Assembly: GCF_964355755.1 (NCBI RefSeq)
Contig: NC_092673.1
Coordinates: forward strand, 34,779,648-34,843,647
From: Antedon mediterranea
Lineage: Eukaryota > Animalia > Echinodermata
Reading direction: 5' to 3'
DNA: 64,000 nt
This document shows, in pieces, positions 12,976-26,939 of this stretch (its first letter is position 1; every line of letters begins with the position of its first letter). The position numbers and the translations under genes are program-made. The notes beneath the pieces are model-generated. The model was not told the DNA's origin, searched no databases, and saw only the letters and a list, made by a program, of their open reading frames with translations.

Positions 12976-15900
12976 ATGGCGGAAGATCCGTCTAGCCGAC
13001 GAGTCCGGTTTGTAAACATTTTATTTAATTACTATAGTATAATGTACACGGCATGTCTAGGTTACATGTAGTTGAGGTTAAATTAAAGAAAAGACATATT
13101 TATAAATTAATGGCGATCAATATATATTTTGTTCTTTCTAGTTAGCTAGGCCTAACTAGAGGCTAGGCTAGGCCTGCCATATAAATAGATAGGAAGGTAG
13201 TCTGATAGCTAGGCCTAGGAGGCCTAGCCTACATAGGCCTAGCTAGTAGTAGCCTGTAGGCCTAGGCTCTGCTAGTTAGGCTATACCTACGTAGGCCTAC
13301 TACCAGGCTAGGCTATATTAATGATATTAACAATCATTGTATTGGTTTGGACTAAAGTGAGACGTTTCGGCCAAGAAATGGGCCGAATCATCCCGGGGGA
13401 ACCATCTCATCAGGGCCGGATTCACTTACTTACGAATATACAGAAGGAACGCTGTCAACCCATTTCAGATTAGTCGGTTAAAATGCTTACGAATACGTAT
13501 GTTTTATTCCTTCAATTCATGTACAAAATAAAACCGACCGACAAGCTGGATGGCTCTGTGGTGTATATAGTAGAGATGAGGCTATGGCTCCAGCTTAGGG
13601 GTTATGGGATCTACTCTCTGCTTGGCAAAATTGTTTTCCTTTTTTTTTAACTTATCGGTTTTTTTTGGGGGTTTTTTTTTTTCTGTTTTTCTTTTTTTTT
13701 TAAATGCGCCTTGAGCACTCTTGAGTGGTATTTGCGCTATAAAAATCCTGTTATTATTATTATTATTATTATCGTCTTCACTAATCATCCTCTTCACTCA
13801 TCATTGTCTTTACTCATCATCATTTTTACTCATTTTCCTAGAGGGATGTTTTCATTTAGGGTAAAAATTAACATGTTTACTATCAGTCTGTTCTCTAATG
13901 CACTTGTCAATTGTATGACCCACTATACGACCCCCGGGAGAGGTGCGTCATTTGTCCGATGTGCGTCATACTTTTGAATACCATGACGCACCCGTGCGTC
14001 AAAAAGGTGACTTACCTTTAGGTGACCATGACGCACCCATTTTGACGCACTGTGACCATGTTGTTTATGATATGGTGGGTGGTAAAGTGACGGACATTGA
14101 CACACCTTGTTCATTGATGTGACGTACAGTATCATCTAGGTTTTTTGACGCACCCCTGCGTCAGTAATTATTTGTAAATGACGCACCCATGACGCACCTC
14201 TCCCGGGGGTCGTATAGTGGGTCATACAATTGACAAGTGCATAACGGCAAGTGGCTAGTAGTAGTAGTAGTAGTACTAGTAGTAGTAGTAGTAGTACTAG
14301 TAGTAGTAGTAGTAGGTCTAAGACAGGTTATGGGATAGTAGGCCTACTAAGGCATAGTAATATGTAGTGTAGGTTCAGTTTAGATAGGGTAGGGTAAAAG
14401 TCAAGATTTAGTAATTATTATTAAAGACGCTTTACTACGTTTTTTCGATCTCATTTAACGTCACAAACAACATTTCTGTAAATATAAATACTATTTGATG
14501 GATCTATATTGCGATCATTGTGTTTGTCTTAAACGTTAAATATGTGAAAAATTCTGATATTAATAATTTAAGCAGCCCATTATAAATACCAGGATGCACA
14601 GATTGATATTATAACAAAATACTAAAAGAAAAGAAATAAATGGCATAGATAACAAAACTAAAGCCTTTCTTTAAACTTGTTTATTACTTTAGAAGTATGG
14701 ACAGTGAAAGAGAGTTCCAGTTTGAACTTGCTTTCAACTCGGACGATCACGCTGAAGATCTAGATGACTTTGATGACATATTTGATGCAAAATATTCTAC
14801 GGCCTCGCCAAGTCCAAAGCCAATTTCTAACCAGTACAGAATTTCTACTGCAAAGTATCAAAAGGTATGTAAAATATTAAGGTTTTTTACTTAACAAATA
14901 AGGAGCTTTTGATTGTCAAAACTAGTGTGACTAGACAAAAAAGTGTGATTTGCCCAAATATGGTAGTGAAGTGCCCAAAATATGTAGTGATGTGCCCAAA
15001 TATGGTAGTTATATGACATCATCATGTCCATATATGGGCACATCACATTTTTTTGTGCTTTAGGATTTGTAAAGACGTGTTGCATCTCAAAATTCTTACA
15101 AGAAAACATTTACAATACTTATAAAATAAATGTTAAAATGTGATAAAGCGTACACAATATTGCAACATTATAAATACGAAATTAAAAAGTTGTCTTGAAT
15201 TTACAATTGAAGTTCAATGGGACATTCATAAAGTTAAGCATTATGTGGTTTATGAATAATGTCAGAAGCATAATCTAAAATAAAAATCTCAATTTGTTTG
15301 AAGCATAAAAACTAAAACTAAAACTTTGCATTGTAAAAGGTTGAACAGTTTTCTTTCTAGCATTTAGCGATTTTCCGTTTTCATGACGCGCTATGCAGCT
15401 ATCGTGTCAAAAAGTCAATCGGTACATTTGGAAAGATGAACATGTGAGAATTACTTGAGACTCTATGGTGTGGTCATGTGATTCATCATGGAAAACAAAT
15501 AAAGTTGATATTTCGTTTGGCCACAGCGTAAGGCAAATAGTAATTTTATTAATTGATATTAGTTCTAATAATATTTTTTTTATTAGGATGACATCTGGGA
15601 ATTGGCTCCATCACAGTCAAAGAAAGCAACAATTGAAAACCAATTCACATTTCAGAAATCGCAACAATCTTCTTCAACATACGGCATTCAGACACGGCCT
15701 CTATACTCGCGATCTCAGTCAGAAAATTCTGATTGTGGTCACCGTAAACGAAATTCACAAAGTGAAGCTGCTATTATTAGGGATGTAAGTAAATTATTAA
15801 GTAAATTTACTGTTCTCAATCGGGCAATAATGATGACCTCATCTTATTATCCGTTTTTGAAAAACCAACTACTGTGCATAATACATTAACAGTACAAGCC

Positions 15901-18900
15901 TGTAACCAAGGATTTCAATGCCCCCCTTTTAATGCCCCCCTTTTCCCGATGCACCCTTATCAAACTAGAGACCTGCAGTGGACATGATAAATATACTGTA
16001 GGTAGGCCGAACTAAATGCCTAACTCCTAACTGTAACTGTATACAAACTGAATACTGTTACAAATATGCGTGACAAGAATTACATTCAACCACTAAGTAA
16101 TACAACAGTGTGATTTTCACATGCTAGGCCGGGAAGCTAGGCCATTAAAAAAGATAGAGTAAAACAGTTATAGACGGCGCACACAAGTTGATTTTCGATT
16201 GCGATCAGTCAACAAGGTCGCGTGACAAAAAGTCTCACAATGTTTACAAAAACTGAATATGCACTAGAGCTCATTAATTATCACATTAGATATCACTTTT
16301 CTGTTAGGTACTGATAAATCCAAATGACGTGATGCGTAATGCAAGAATACAATCAGGTGTGTTATAATATATTATACTTTTTTTCTTCAGGTACCACCTT
16401 TTGAAGCCCATAATAATCATGACATTGGAAGCAACGGACTAAAAGTAAGTGTAACTGTGCTATATACAGTCAACTCTCCCAATACCGGACTCTCCCAAAA
16501 CCGGAATTCACGAAAAACCGGACTTTTTTGGAGGGCCCAATTTGTCCCTATTCTAAATGTACTGTAATTTATTATGAAAACCGGAATACCCAATTCCGGA
16601 ATCCGGACAAATTATGAAATACAAAACACGAAAATTAGCGTCTGAAAACCGGACTGACAGTTAAAAAACTCCAAATATTTACGAAAACAACGCAACATCG
16701 TCGTCGCTGACTCGGATTCAATACATTCACAATGTACAAAAGCTTTTAACCATACCCTGACCATGCATGAAGTGCACGACGTTTCGCGGTACGATCAAAT
16801 AATGTTGCCATGGAGCACTACACTGTGATTGACAGGTCAGTTCATTGTTAACCCACGAGGCGGCAATTGCTTTGTTGCGTATCGAACTGCGGTGGGCTTT
16901 TTCACATCGAAGCGCTATCTATTGTTTTTAGCAGGGAGTTGTTAACAACTCCCTGTTTTTTAGCATATGAATTGTTTTTTAATAAAGTTCAATTTACATT
17001 CCACTTTGTGTCTTTGTTTTGTTTAAATTATTGTTAAATTCACAATTGCAATAGGACTTTAAAAAGGAATGTTTCACTAAAAATGTGCATCATTATAAAT
17101 TTGGAAATCATTATGGCAAAACGTAAACGGAATGAACTTGACTTAACTAGTGTTAATAAACTTTGAAATGTTACCAATTAATTATTGTGTCATTATTGCT
17201 TGGCTCGTTTATTGCTATCAAATTACGTCAAAATAAAGGAGCTTAAAAAACATGTGGTCTAGGTGTGGGCGTTTTTATTTGGTTATGACACCTCTGCACA
17301 TGCGCATCAATCAAAGCCCTTATCACCCCCACCACACTGCACCATGCTGCTGCTGCTGCTAGCTAGCTCACGAAAAACAATAAACAGACCGAAATTATGT
17401 TCACCGTACGTACGTACGTAGGCCTTTTTGCCGTTAAAAACACATTGAGAAACAATAATTTACTATTGTAACATGTTTTATTGGTACAGTAAATAATGTA
17501 ACTTTTAAAAAAGGTAAATTGAATTAGCTTAATATTAATAAAGTAGGCCAGGCCTATCAGTATTTATTTAATTAAAACTAGATTGATACAATCATAGCCT
17601 AGGCCTTCCCTACGCTAGGAGATCGTACCGGGCAGCATTCGGACCGGTGATTCAAAGCATTTTCAGTGACAACGTGATGACTTTAAAAATGTTTTCAGGA
17701 AACCGGACTTTCGAAAAACCGGAAAATATATGCCCGCCCAAGGGTGTCCGGTATTGGGAGAGTTGACTGTACTTGAAATGGTGACATAAATGATTTAATC
17801 CTATAATGTTTGTTTACCACAACACCTTTGACTGATTGACTTAACTGATACTTAAAGATGTATTGTCCCCCTGAAAAAATAATTCTTATTTTTTTTTAAT
17901 ATACCATTTTAATGTAACTGAATAGTTGACCACTTTCACCAAAAATTGGATCGAAAAAAATGTATTTATCTAAAAAAACTATAATTTAAAGCAAAAAATG
18001 GCCAAATTGGCTGCCAGCCAGTGGGTTTTTTGTGGAATTTAACCATTTATTTTGTCAATTTATAGGTGAATACATTATTTTCTTTTCTATGAAAGTGATT
18101 AACTTTATTAAAACTACAAAATAACATATTCAAAGTCTGATTTAAGTAATTTACATTTTTCATGTTTTTGGGGGACAATACATCTTTAATTATTTAAAGG
18201 ATATCTATTGTGATTGGAGAGTACAGTTTCGACTTATCACATCCTGTTTCTTCCCACAGAATTCGCATCGTCCTGACAATGATGCGTACCAGCCTCCATA
18301 TCACACACCAAAGAGCTCAAAGAAGAATCCTAACCATCAATTACCCAGCCAAAGGACTCCATCCCAAAATATTCCTCCTAATTCAGGAACATACAGCCAA
18401 CATTCAAGATCCTTGCCTTATAGTCGAGTGCCAAAAACATCGGGACATGCAGAGCCCCTACACATCACTGACTTAAACCAAAGTCCAGGTGAAAGGTCAT
18501 ACCTTAGGCAGAAGTCTCCACCATATCAGTCTAAACTGTACTCAGGGCATGATGAATGGGATTTTGTAAGGCGGACAGCAGGGGAAAGAAGACCAGAGAA
18601 TAGTGACTTGAAGGAAAGCCTCTTACAGGCCCAGGCTGACTGGGATGCTGTAGACACAATACAACCTGGTAAGATATACCTACAAAACACCTAATTTACT
18701 GTAAATAAATAACTAAAAAATTTATTTCTATGATTCAATTTCTTCAAGGCTAACTTTTTAAAATGCATTCTTCAAACAACCATTTCAGGGAAACCATTTT
18801 GTGGTAACTTAAGGATGTTCACAATCCTAAATTAGACATAAAAATGGTTGTGTTGCTCAATCAAACATAATTCTATTCATGTTTTTATATTGCTTTTGTG

Positions 18901-21900
18901 GTGTAAGGTGCTTTGTTAAAAGCGTCATAGAAATAAAGTCTAAAATGAAAATGGATGGCATAGAAAAAAGTACTTTTTGTTTTATAGTACTAATCTTAAG
19001 CTCTGCCTACTCTATCAAACTTTATGTGCTCATATATGGACATTATGATGTCATACCACTACCATATTTGGGTATATCGCTACCATATTTGGGCACATCA
19101 CAGTCACACTTTTTGATAGTGTAGACAGAACTTTGAATTTTGAAAAAAATTGATTGAAATTAAAATCTGTTGCTTTTTCTTTTCCTTATTGCTTTCAGGA
19201 GAACACATTGAAGGTATGGTTTTCTTTCAGTGGTTGCTGTGTGTTATGTTATTTTAGTACTTTAGTATTTTATAATCAATTTGTTATATTTATTTATTTA
19301 TTTAAAGTAATCTTAATAAACAACCTTATGAAGTAAAGTATTTATTTAAGATATTAAGTAAATACAGTAGAGCTCCAACTGAGAGGACACGTTCAGCAGG
19401 ACTCGAAGCAGGAAGTGTACTGTCCTCTTAATAGAAGTGTTCCCAGCATGGAAGTTGGCCATGGACATAGTGTTGAAGCAAAATTATATTGCCTCTGTGT
19501 TCCCTTAAAGCTTGGTTCCCACTAGAACGCAACCCAAAGACATACAGTAGGCCGCAACGCAAGCGAATTGACCATTTACAAGTGACAGTTTGAATAATGC
19601 ATCTCTTTTGATTAATTAATGTGCTTGCGTTGGGATTTTGTTGCGTCCTAGTTGGAACCAAGTTTTAGTAGGGTGTGCCCCCGACCCCCAAAGTGGGGAT
19701 TCTACTGTAACGTGTTGGTACTTATATAGCATGTTGATAATTGCATTCAATGTTACATCTTGTTGTACACTTATTTATAACTATTTTCATCAATTTTTTG
19801 TTGGGTTTTTAGTTAGTTTAGTTGTGTAAAAATGTACTGTCCTGTTTTTATAACACAACACTTTGAACTTTATGCACACATTGAGTTCTTTCTTTTCCCT
19901 TTTTTTGTCATCTGTAGAATTTGTTTTAATATTTCCTTTTGTCTTTATGGTATTCTCTTTTCTTTTTCACTAAATGTTGACTGTTTCTTCTTTTTTTTAT
20001 TGTTTAACATGTTATATTTCGCACGATAAAATTGTTGTTTGTATGTCTCCATTCCTATATGCGTTAATTGTCAACTAATTTAAACATATCTCCTCCCCAA
20101 CACCTCACCCGTACAATTAACAAAATCTTTATATAATATATATAAGTAATATATAATAATATAAGTAACATGCATATTGTAATAGTTTAACATCTTGGTA
20201 AATTTTCTTTAATACAAACCTATAATCTTCATATTAAATTTTATTGAATGTATTGCTATAAATATTTGTTATTTATTTTTAGCTTGCAATGGGCCTACTG
20301 TATATCAAAAAAGGCAATGCTTATTAACCTTGGTGAAAGTTTATTAATTATTTGTTGTCAACATGCTGTAAGAATAGAGGTCATTTGTATGAATCTTGTA
20401 TGGCAAGATTTTTGTGAATCCATTAAAAGCAATTCCACTCCCAATAGCTATTGCCAGTTACTGTATCTAGCAATATGCCTAAATTGGTATCAAACTTAAT
20501 GTGACAAAAAAATGTGATGTGCCCATAAATGGATATGATGATTTCATATCACTACCATATTTGGCCATATCACTACCATATTTGGCCATATCACTACCAT
20601 ATTTGAGAACAGCACACTTTTTTTGTAAACCATGAACCTATGATATATGGTATTATTTATTGTTACCCTAGTATTGATGAAATTTGCATTTGTTTTTAAA
20701 ATGATACGATTTTATTTTTCAGGTAAACTATCGAGCGTCAATAAAACTCCACTGATATCATTCAATGAAGCATTAGCATATTTCCAACAGTGCAATATGG
20801 AGATCTACAAGGTAAGGATCTGTCATATCATGTATGTGCATTTCAATTTACTGTATCTTCATACAGGGTTCAACTCCCAGTTTACTCAGCTGTAAATGAG
20901 TGCCTGGTTGAAAAGGGAGGGAGGATTAGGTGGCATAGAAATGCTGAGTTTCAGTACAATGACAGTTCATTTCTGTCTTTACTTTATCCCATTATTTACT
21001 GATCCAGATATATGCAAATATTAATATTTATTCTACAAAAAAGTACAACATTTTGCTCAGAGCAAGTAATACGCATGATTCTGAACTGTATAATTGTGGT
21101 GATTCCATAAAAAAGAAACCCTCCGTTGTATTTAATTTCCCAGCATTTCTCATTAACGAGACAATGCAAAATTGTCCTTCCAATAATTTGCGTTGATACG
21201 TGATTAGGTTGTGTTGCTAGTGACAACCACACTTTATATGCAGCATCCAGTATATATACCAGTGTTAGTTTGATACTTGAGATTTATATTTTAATATTTT
21301 TCTAATTTGTTTGTTGTCGCCAACCTTAGTATAAAATTAAAACAACTGTAGATAGAAGTGGATTTGATGCCGTTAGTCACTTCCTTTTTGGTCCTCCGAA
21401 AATGAACCGAAACTTGCTTGAAGAACGGGATTTAGTTTTTGCCATAGCGCAATGTGAGTACCATACATACTATTAAGTTATATACGTAATTTGCTGTCAT
21501 TAAACAGAGCACCTGAGGTTAATAAGCTAAACGTCATTTTGAACATAATTCAGAATAATTCTCAAAATAAGTCGGACATTGTAAAAATTATTTTTATTTG
21601 GTTAAGACTATTTACTAATTCCTATCCATCCTATATAATGGCTAATTTTGTAATTAATTTATTCTTTAAATTTTAGACCAATTTGATGACAATGTAGAGG
21701 TACATCGAAGGGTGCTTCAAACAATTTATAAGAAACTCACAGGAACAACAATAGACTGTCCTCGATTTGGAAGTCACTGGGAACAAATAGGATTTCAAGG
21801 TATGTGAGGCTATTGATATTTATTAATATGTGTGAGAACTTGCAGAGTCTGACACATTTTTTATTCTATCCAGTCTCCCATACATGCAATAAACCAGATA

Positions 21901-24900
21901 CATGATTATCAAGCTATTATATATCTCAAAAATGCTTCCTACCCTGATCGATCACCTTCCAGATCATAATCTAAGGAAAATTCTGGTCCTCCCTCGTGTT
22001 GCGATTCCCCACTTCTGCTACCAAACTGTATTGAATCAGAATGTGATATAGATTTGATGATTTCTTTCAAAAAATAATTTCCAAGTGTCAAAATAATACA
22101 ATGCTAAAGCAACATGATATGATCGAGAAGTCGCACTAAAATAGGATTTTTTTCTCAGTTAGCATACAGGCTTAAGTACACAGTTCACCTCAAGTTTATT
22201 TTAAATATTGACAAACGCATTTGTGGATATACTTACACTTTAATTTTGACATTTGTCATTATCTTTTCTTGTTTACTTCAGGTAATGATCCAACAACAGA
22301 CCTTAGAGCATGTGGATTCCTGGCATTGATGACACTTCTATATTTTGTTATGGACAACAACACATTCCAACTTGCAAAGGACATCTACAAAATTTCACAA
22401 CACGAAACTCAGGTAAAGAATACACTGTATAACAGGACACTTTCCTGTAAAGGAGCAAAATATGTTTCAACACTTTGTCCAATCCCTAGTACACACCACT
22501 ATCCAATCCCTATTACACACCACTATTAAAAGAAAACTTTTGTCGTGTTTATACAACACCCTAAATTTGAACACGGCTTTAATTTTTAGCGTGTTGTTCG
22601 GACCGAGGTCAACCCACCTTAACGTTTGCTGTTATACTAGAAATCACGATACCGTGTTATACCGGAAGTTTCATCAACACGCAGTGCATGCTAGGATAAA
22701 AGGTCAAATCGTTGATCGCGCTTGAATTGGCTGAGTTGTCAACAATCATCGTCGCCTCCTCGCTGTCGATTCGCGCGGTTTTTACCATTTTCATTATATT
22801 GTGTTCGTTCACGTTTGCATTGTTGTTTATTTTGTTCTCGGTTCATTTAAATTAATAAAAGTTATTTTAAGGGTTTCATTGTTTCATCTATACACTATGG
22901 AAGAAGATGCCATTTTTGCGATGTTATTTTTTTTATTCTGTTTGGAGTGGGAAACGATAGATGCCTACTACCACTACGAGTTGGCCCCACCACTAGGCTA
23001 GGCGTAAGACGTGGTAGGAGGATGATTGCTGGCAGCGAAGCAGCAATAAATGGGCCCAATCTTGTTAGCAATGTCGCATGACATGATTGATATTACGACC
23101 TGTTTTAACGAGAGGTCAAAATATACCCTGAGGACACTTCCAACACGGTAACGGCGACCGGAAATCCACCAAATTTTAGGATTCAGCCAAGTAGCCTTTT
23201 TTGCAATTAAAATCTCATTACACGGAATCTCTTTGTTGTTATACAACACACTTTTCGTAGGCGTGTAGAATATGCGTGTGTTGTATAAACGCGCCCTTTG
23301 TTGCATCCCAAAAGTGTCCCCAAGTGTTCTATTTCCTTTTAAACTTTAACCTTCTTATTTATCGGTATGTTAAAAATTCATTTATTTCTGAACACAGAAG
23401 AATTAGCTGTTAGGAGCTTATTTTACTAAGCCTCTGCATTATGTTTTATGGTAGCTACCACCACCTTTCCTCCAAGTATTTCCAACCAAGTACTCATTTA
23501 CAGCTGAGTAGACTGGGAGTTGTCATGAATTGAACACAGGGTCTCTATTTTTGACAGTCAAATGTCTACTATTTATTGATAGCCCTTTATTATTGTTAAT
23601 ACGAATAATTTCAAAATATTGCCACTGGAATGATCATCATCTTTTTTAGACAAGCACTATTATTATTTCAACATACACATTTCTTTCAGAACTTTCCATT
23701 TTGTGTCATGTCAGTCAACATGACCAGGATTGCATTGCAAACTCTACGACATGAGAGGTTATCAAGGTATAGTAGACTTAACTTTTGACTCTAGGGTTAA
23801 AGGTGAAGCATGCTTAGCAAAAGTGACAGTAGATTGCAATACTCCCATGAACAATTTTGAATGGAAGCTTTTTTTTAACTTTCTAGATACATATCCTTGG
23901 AAATTCTTAGTGATCTTTGTTGTAAGATAGAAATGTCTTTATTTAAAGATATATTAATTTATTACTTCAGTACTGATTTTTTGTTCTTAAGTTATGTATT
24001 TGTTTTACTTGGTACACTATTTGAAAAGAGTAGTGGATCGTCTCCCGGTGTGCTGATTGGGTAGGCACTGCACTGCTGGCTGCCGGGGGTCTGTACAGGG
24101 CCTAATCCAAATATCCTCAGTTTTAAGCTTAGGTCATAAATACCTTATACCTTATACATATTTGTTTATATTTTAAGAGAATGCAATAAAAGACAGCAAG
24201 TAATAGCTGTAGTGAATGAATTCTACGGCAGTATATTTTTAAATTTGTACACCACATGGAAACATGGACACAAGACAATCAAAGACTCTGGATTTGTGTT
24301 AAAAGGTAAAATGAATTCAAATCATATGAACATTGATTGAGTAGCAAATGATGTGATAGGGTAGCTTTGAAAAACTGGCTGACTGCACTTGTTTTCCATA
24401 CCACATTATTATATGTGGTATTATTTATTATTTTCACGATTTACCACTCAACGTTTTCACAGACGTCATTTTAGTTAAAAGAACTTTAAATTATGAATTA
24501 CAGTAGTAGGCCTACTGTACTAACTGTAACTAACTGTACTAACTAGTAAATAATTGTTTTTATATCTTTTTTTTGTATCGCAAACCTTCCACTGCGACAC
24601 TGACACGACGAAGCATCATTGTTTGTTGTACTGACTGATAAGACTGTGTAAATTTGATTTCGTTTTTCCCCTTTTTTCGTGGTAGGGTTTCCAATTGCAA
24701 AATTTGCAAAAATTAAAGTTTGGTGAGCTTACTTCTATCCATTATTCATTACATTTTTTTTCCCTGGCAGAATTGGAAACTTGCGCCAGTAAAAATCCAA
24801 AAATTCTTATGAAGAAATTTGAAGAGTATATCAGCGGTCATAAAAAAGGGGCAAAAGGGCAAACGTCAAGAAACGGAAGTTTGACAAGAGATGTTTCTGC

Positions 24901-24958
24901 CGAAAGAACATTCAAAGGAATTGACGAACTTGACTGTAACAACGTGCATTATGTTTGA
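12976..24958 (+). CDS. ELMOD3: ELMO domain-containing protein 3 (ARF/ARL GAP family)
   Basis: Exons 12976-13007, 14693-14864, 15587-15784, 16391-16444, 18260-18668, (19199-19213), 20723-20811, 21330-21453, 21677-21799, 22282-22412, 23690-23766, 24178-24305, 24771-24958, in frame. Motifs: [78 protein letters not shown]-terminal exons are less certain. Confidence 0.92.
13703..13773 (+). mobile_element. 3' tail fragment of a LINE/SINE ending in (TTA)n
   Basis: gcgccttgagcactc...gcgctataaaaatcctg followed by (tta)n. Confidence 0.45.
13899..14241. mobile_element. MITE with perfect ~53 bp TIRs and TAA target duplication (PIF/Harbinger-like)
   Basis: taa|tgcacttgtcaattgtatgacccactatacgacccccgggagaggtgcgtcat...reverse complement|taa; internal tgacgcac motifs. 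Confidence 0.9.
14256..14314. repeat. (TAG)n microsatellite
   Basis: Directly visible. Confidence 0.95.
16467..17769. mobile_element. Non-autonomous pogo/Tigger-like element
   Basis: ta|cagtcaactctcccaataccggac...gtccggtattgggagagttgactg|ta; subterminal aaaccgga repeats; internal remnant [11 protein letters not shown] at ~17113. Confidence 0.88.
17856..18185. mobile_element. MITE with TTAA target duplication (Kolobok/piggyBac-type); relatives at ~6914, ~28560-28810 and 42756
   Basis: ttaa|agatgtattgtcccc...ggggacaatacatct|ttaa. Confidence 0.88.
18998..19133. mobile_element. ~150 bp MITE family, at least 7 copies in the window
   Basis: TIR (t)ctacactatcaaact / agtttgatagtgtagac with internal atcactaccatatttggg duplications. 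Other copies at ~14905-15060, 20487-20630, 25003-25100, 30135-30250, 43225-43386, 45200-45350. Confidence 0.85.
19199..19213 (+). CDS. ELMOD3: Candidate 15-nt microexon of ELMOD3 (G-E-H-I-E)
   Basis: Strong acceptor tgctttttcttttccttattgctttcag, donor aag|gtatgg, phase 1-1 matching the flanking exons, no stop. Confidence 0.6.
19508..19666. mobile_element. MITE (Harbinger-like); related copy ~54097-54350
   Basis: aagcttggttcccactagaacgcaac / gttgcgtcctagttggaaccaagttt, flanked by taa/tta-type triplets. Confidence 0.65.
22520..23300. mobile_element. Probable non-autonomous DNA transposon remnant
   Basis: CpG-richer intronic block with inverted subterminal motifs gtttatacaacac / gtgttgtataaac; termini not resolved. 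Confidence 0.45.
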
Positions 24959-26436
24959 CCTAACGGATGTCAAAGTGAGACAAATCTAACAAATGCTACT
25001 TTGATGTCTACATTATCAAACTTTATGTGACAAAAAAATGTGATGTGCTCATATATGGACATGATGATGTCATATCACTACCACATTTGAGCACATAACA
25101 TAACTTCGGTATTTTTAAAAAAATATCTAAAAAAAAACAAACATAAACATATGTGTCTACTAAGAAGTCAGACCAGCATGACAGTAGGTCTAATTTTGAA
25201 GTTAGAGAGAGTATAACTAACAGCGGAACATCACATGTCCCCTTTGAGAGGCCGATTGATTACATGTTTGTTACTTGGTTATACTGCACCAGAGCATGTG
25301 ACCCAGAAAGCAAGCAAATATGGGAAGAAATGTGTAAACCAAAAGGAAAATTAACAACTATGTACACAGACTGAGTATAGACATAATGAAAGTCACAAAA
25401 AAGTAAAGCGCGGAAAGATTTCCTCCGAAAAACAAAAGGAAGAAAGTACAATCAAGTCAATTTTTTGTTGAGCTCTGTGGCTTGAAATTGATTTACCAGT
25501 TGAAGTGAACAAGAGGGTGGACTATAGGTTAGTCCATCACAGGTCTATTCATATGTGTACACATGGGAGGGTATACTATAGGTTAGTCCATCACAGGTCT
25601 ATTCATATGTGTACACATGGTGGACCACGCCAATAGAAATGAATGAATTATACACAGTCAACTGTGTCGATAGCCTCATCTGTGTATACACAGTCGACTC
25701 TGTCGATAGCCTCATCTGTGTATTCATATTGATTACTGGACTCTCATTAGAGAAATAGTAAGTCTGCAGGCATTGTTACCAATCATGTAAAAAAGTATTT
25801 AAAAAAATGTTTATATATTTACAAAAAGAAAGTGTTTTTACATATTGTACAATCTATTTCTAATGAATGAATGGGACACAATGCTTCTGCTGTGTTGTCT
25901 ATTTTATTGTAATTAAACATCTTGTACTAATTATCAAAGATCAATGTGAACTTTTAAAGAAAAACCAAAGAAAAGTATATTATGTCTATTGCAATTATGC
26001 CAAAAGATAATTGTTGCTTATTTTAATATTTTACATCAAATATTTATTTTAACTATATTCTACTATAAAGGATTCATTCATGTATAAAATGGTTATTCAG
26101 ACTTATTTACAACTTTTTTAAGGATTGAAAATCCAGATACTGCATCTGCAATTGTTATAAATTCTGAGGTTTTGAGTACAATTTTATATGGTTTAAAACT
26201 AGTATTTCAGTCAATTATAATTTTTTTTTTAATTGTTTATATGAATTCAATGTCCAGCTATGTAAGTGTACATCTTGTTTTAGCATGTGCGGTTGCGTAA
26301 AATAAGTGTTTAGTAAGTGTTTGACTGAGTTGCTAATATGTTTATATATAATACTTCCAGCCACTGATACCCACAGCATTGTAATTTTTCAGTAATTTGC
26401 CTTTGGATTTATATTATCCTTTTAATGGGTTAATTA

Positions 26437-26939
26437 TGTCTGAACACAAGTTAATATCATATCTCACTTTACAATAATGTTGATATATTCTGTACACTCT
26501 ATGATCTGGATATGGCAACACTAGTGTAAATCAGTCTGAACACAAGTTAATATCATATCTCACTTTACAATAATGTTGATATATTCTGTACACTCCATGA
26601 TCTGGATATGGCAACACTAGTGTAAACCAGTCTGGACACAAGTTTTATCATATCTCACTTTACAATAATGTTGATATATTCTGTACACTCCATGATCTGG
26701 ATATGGCAACACTAGTGTAAACCAGTCTGGACACAAGTTAATATCATATCTCACTTTACAATAATGTTGATATATTCTGTACACTCCATGATCTGGATAT
26801 GGCAACACTAGTGTAAACCAGTCTGGACACAAGTTAATATCATATCTCACTTTACAATAATGTTGATATATTCTGTACACTCCATGATCTGGATATGGCA
26901 ACACTAGTGTAAACCAGTCTGGACACAAGTTAATATCAT
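26437..26939. repeat. Tandem repeat, 96 bp unit x ~5
   Basis: Unit gtctggacacaagttaatatcatatctcactttacaataatg...gtgtaaacca; downstream of the ELMOD3 stop. Confidence 0.95.

Noticed and set aside
26617-26928. 103-aa ORF with a 32-aa repeat
   Set aside because: Derived from the 96-bp tandem repeat; no true ATG start or homology recognised.
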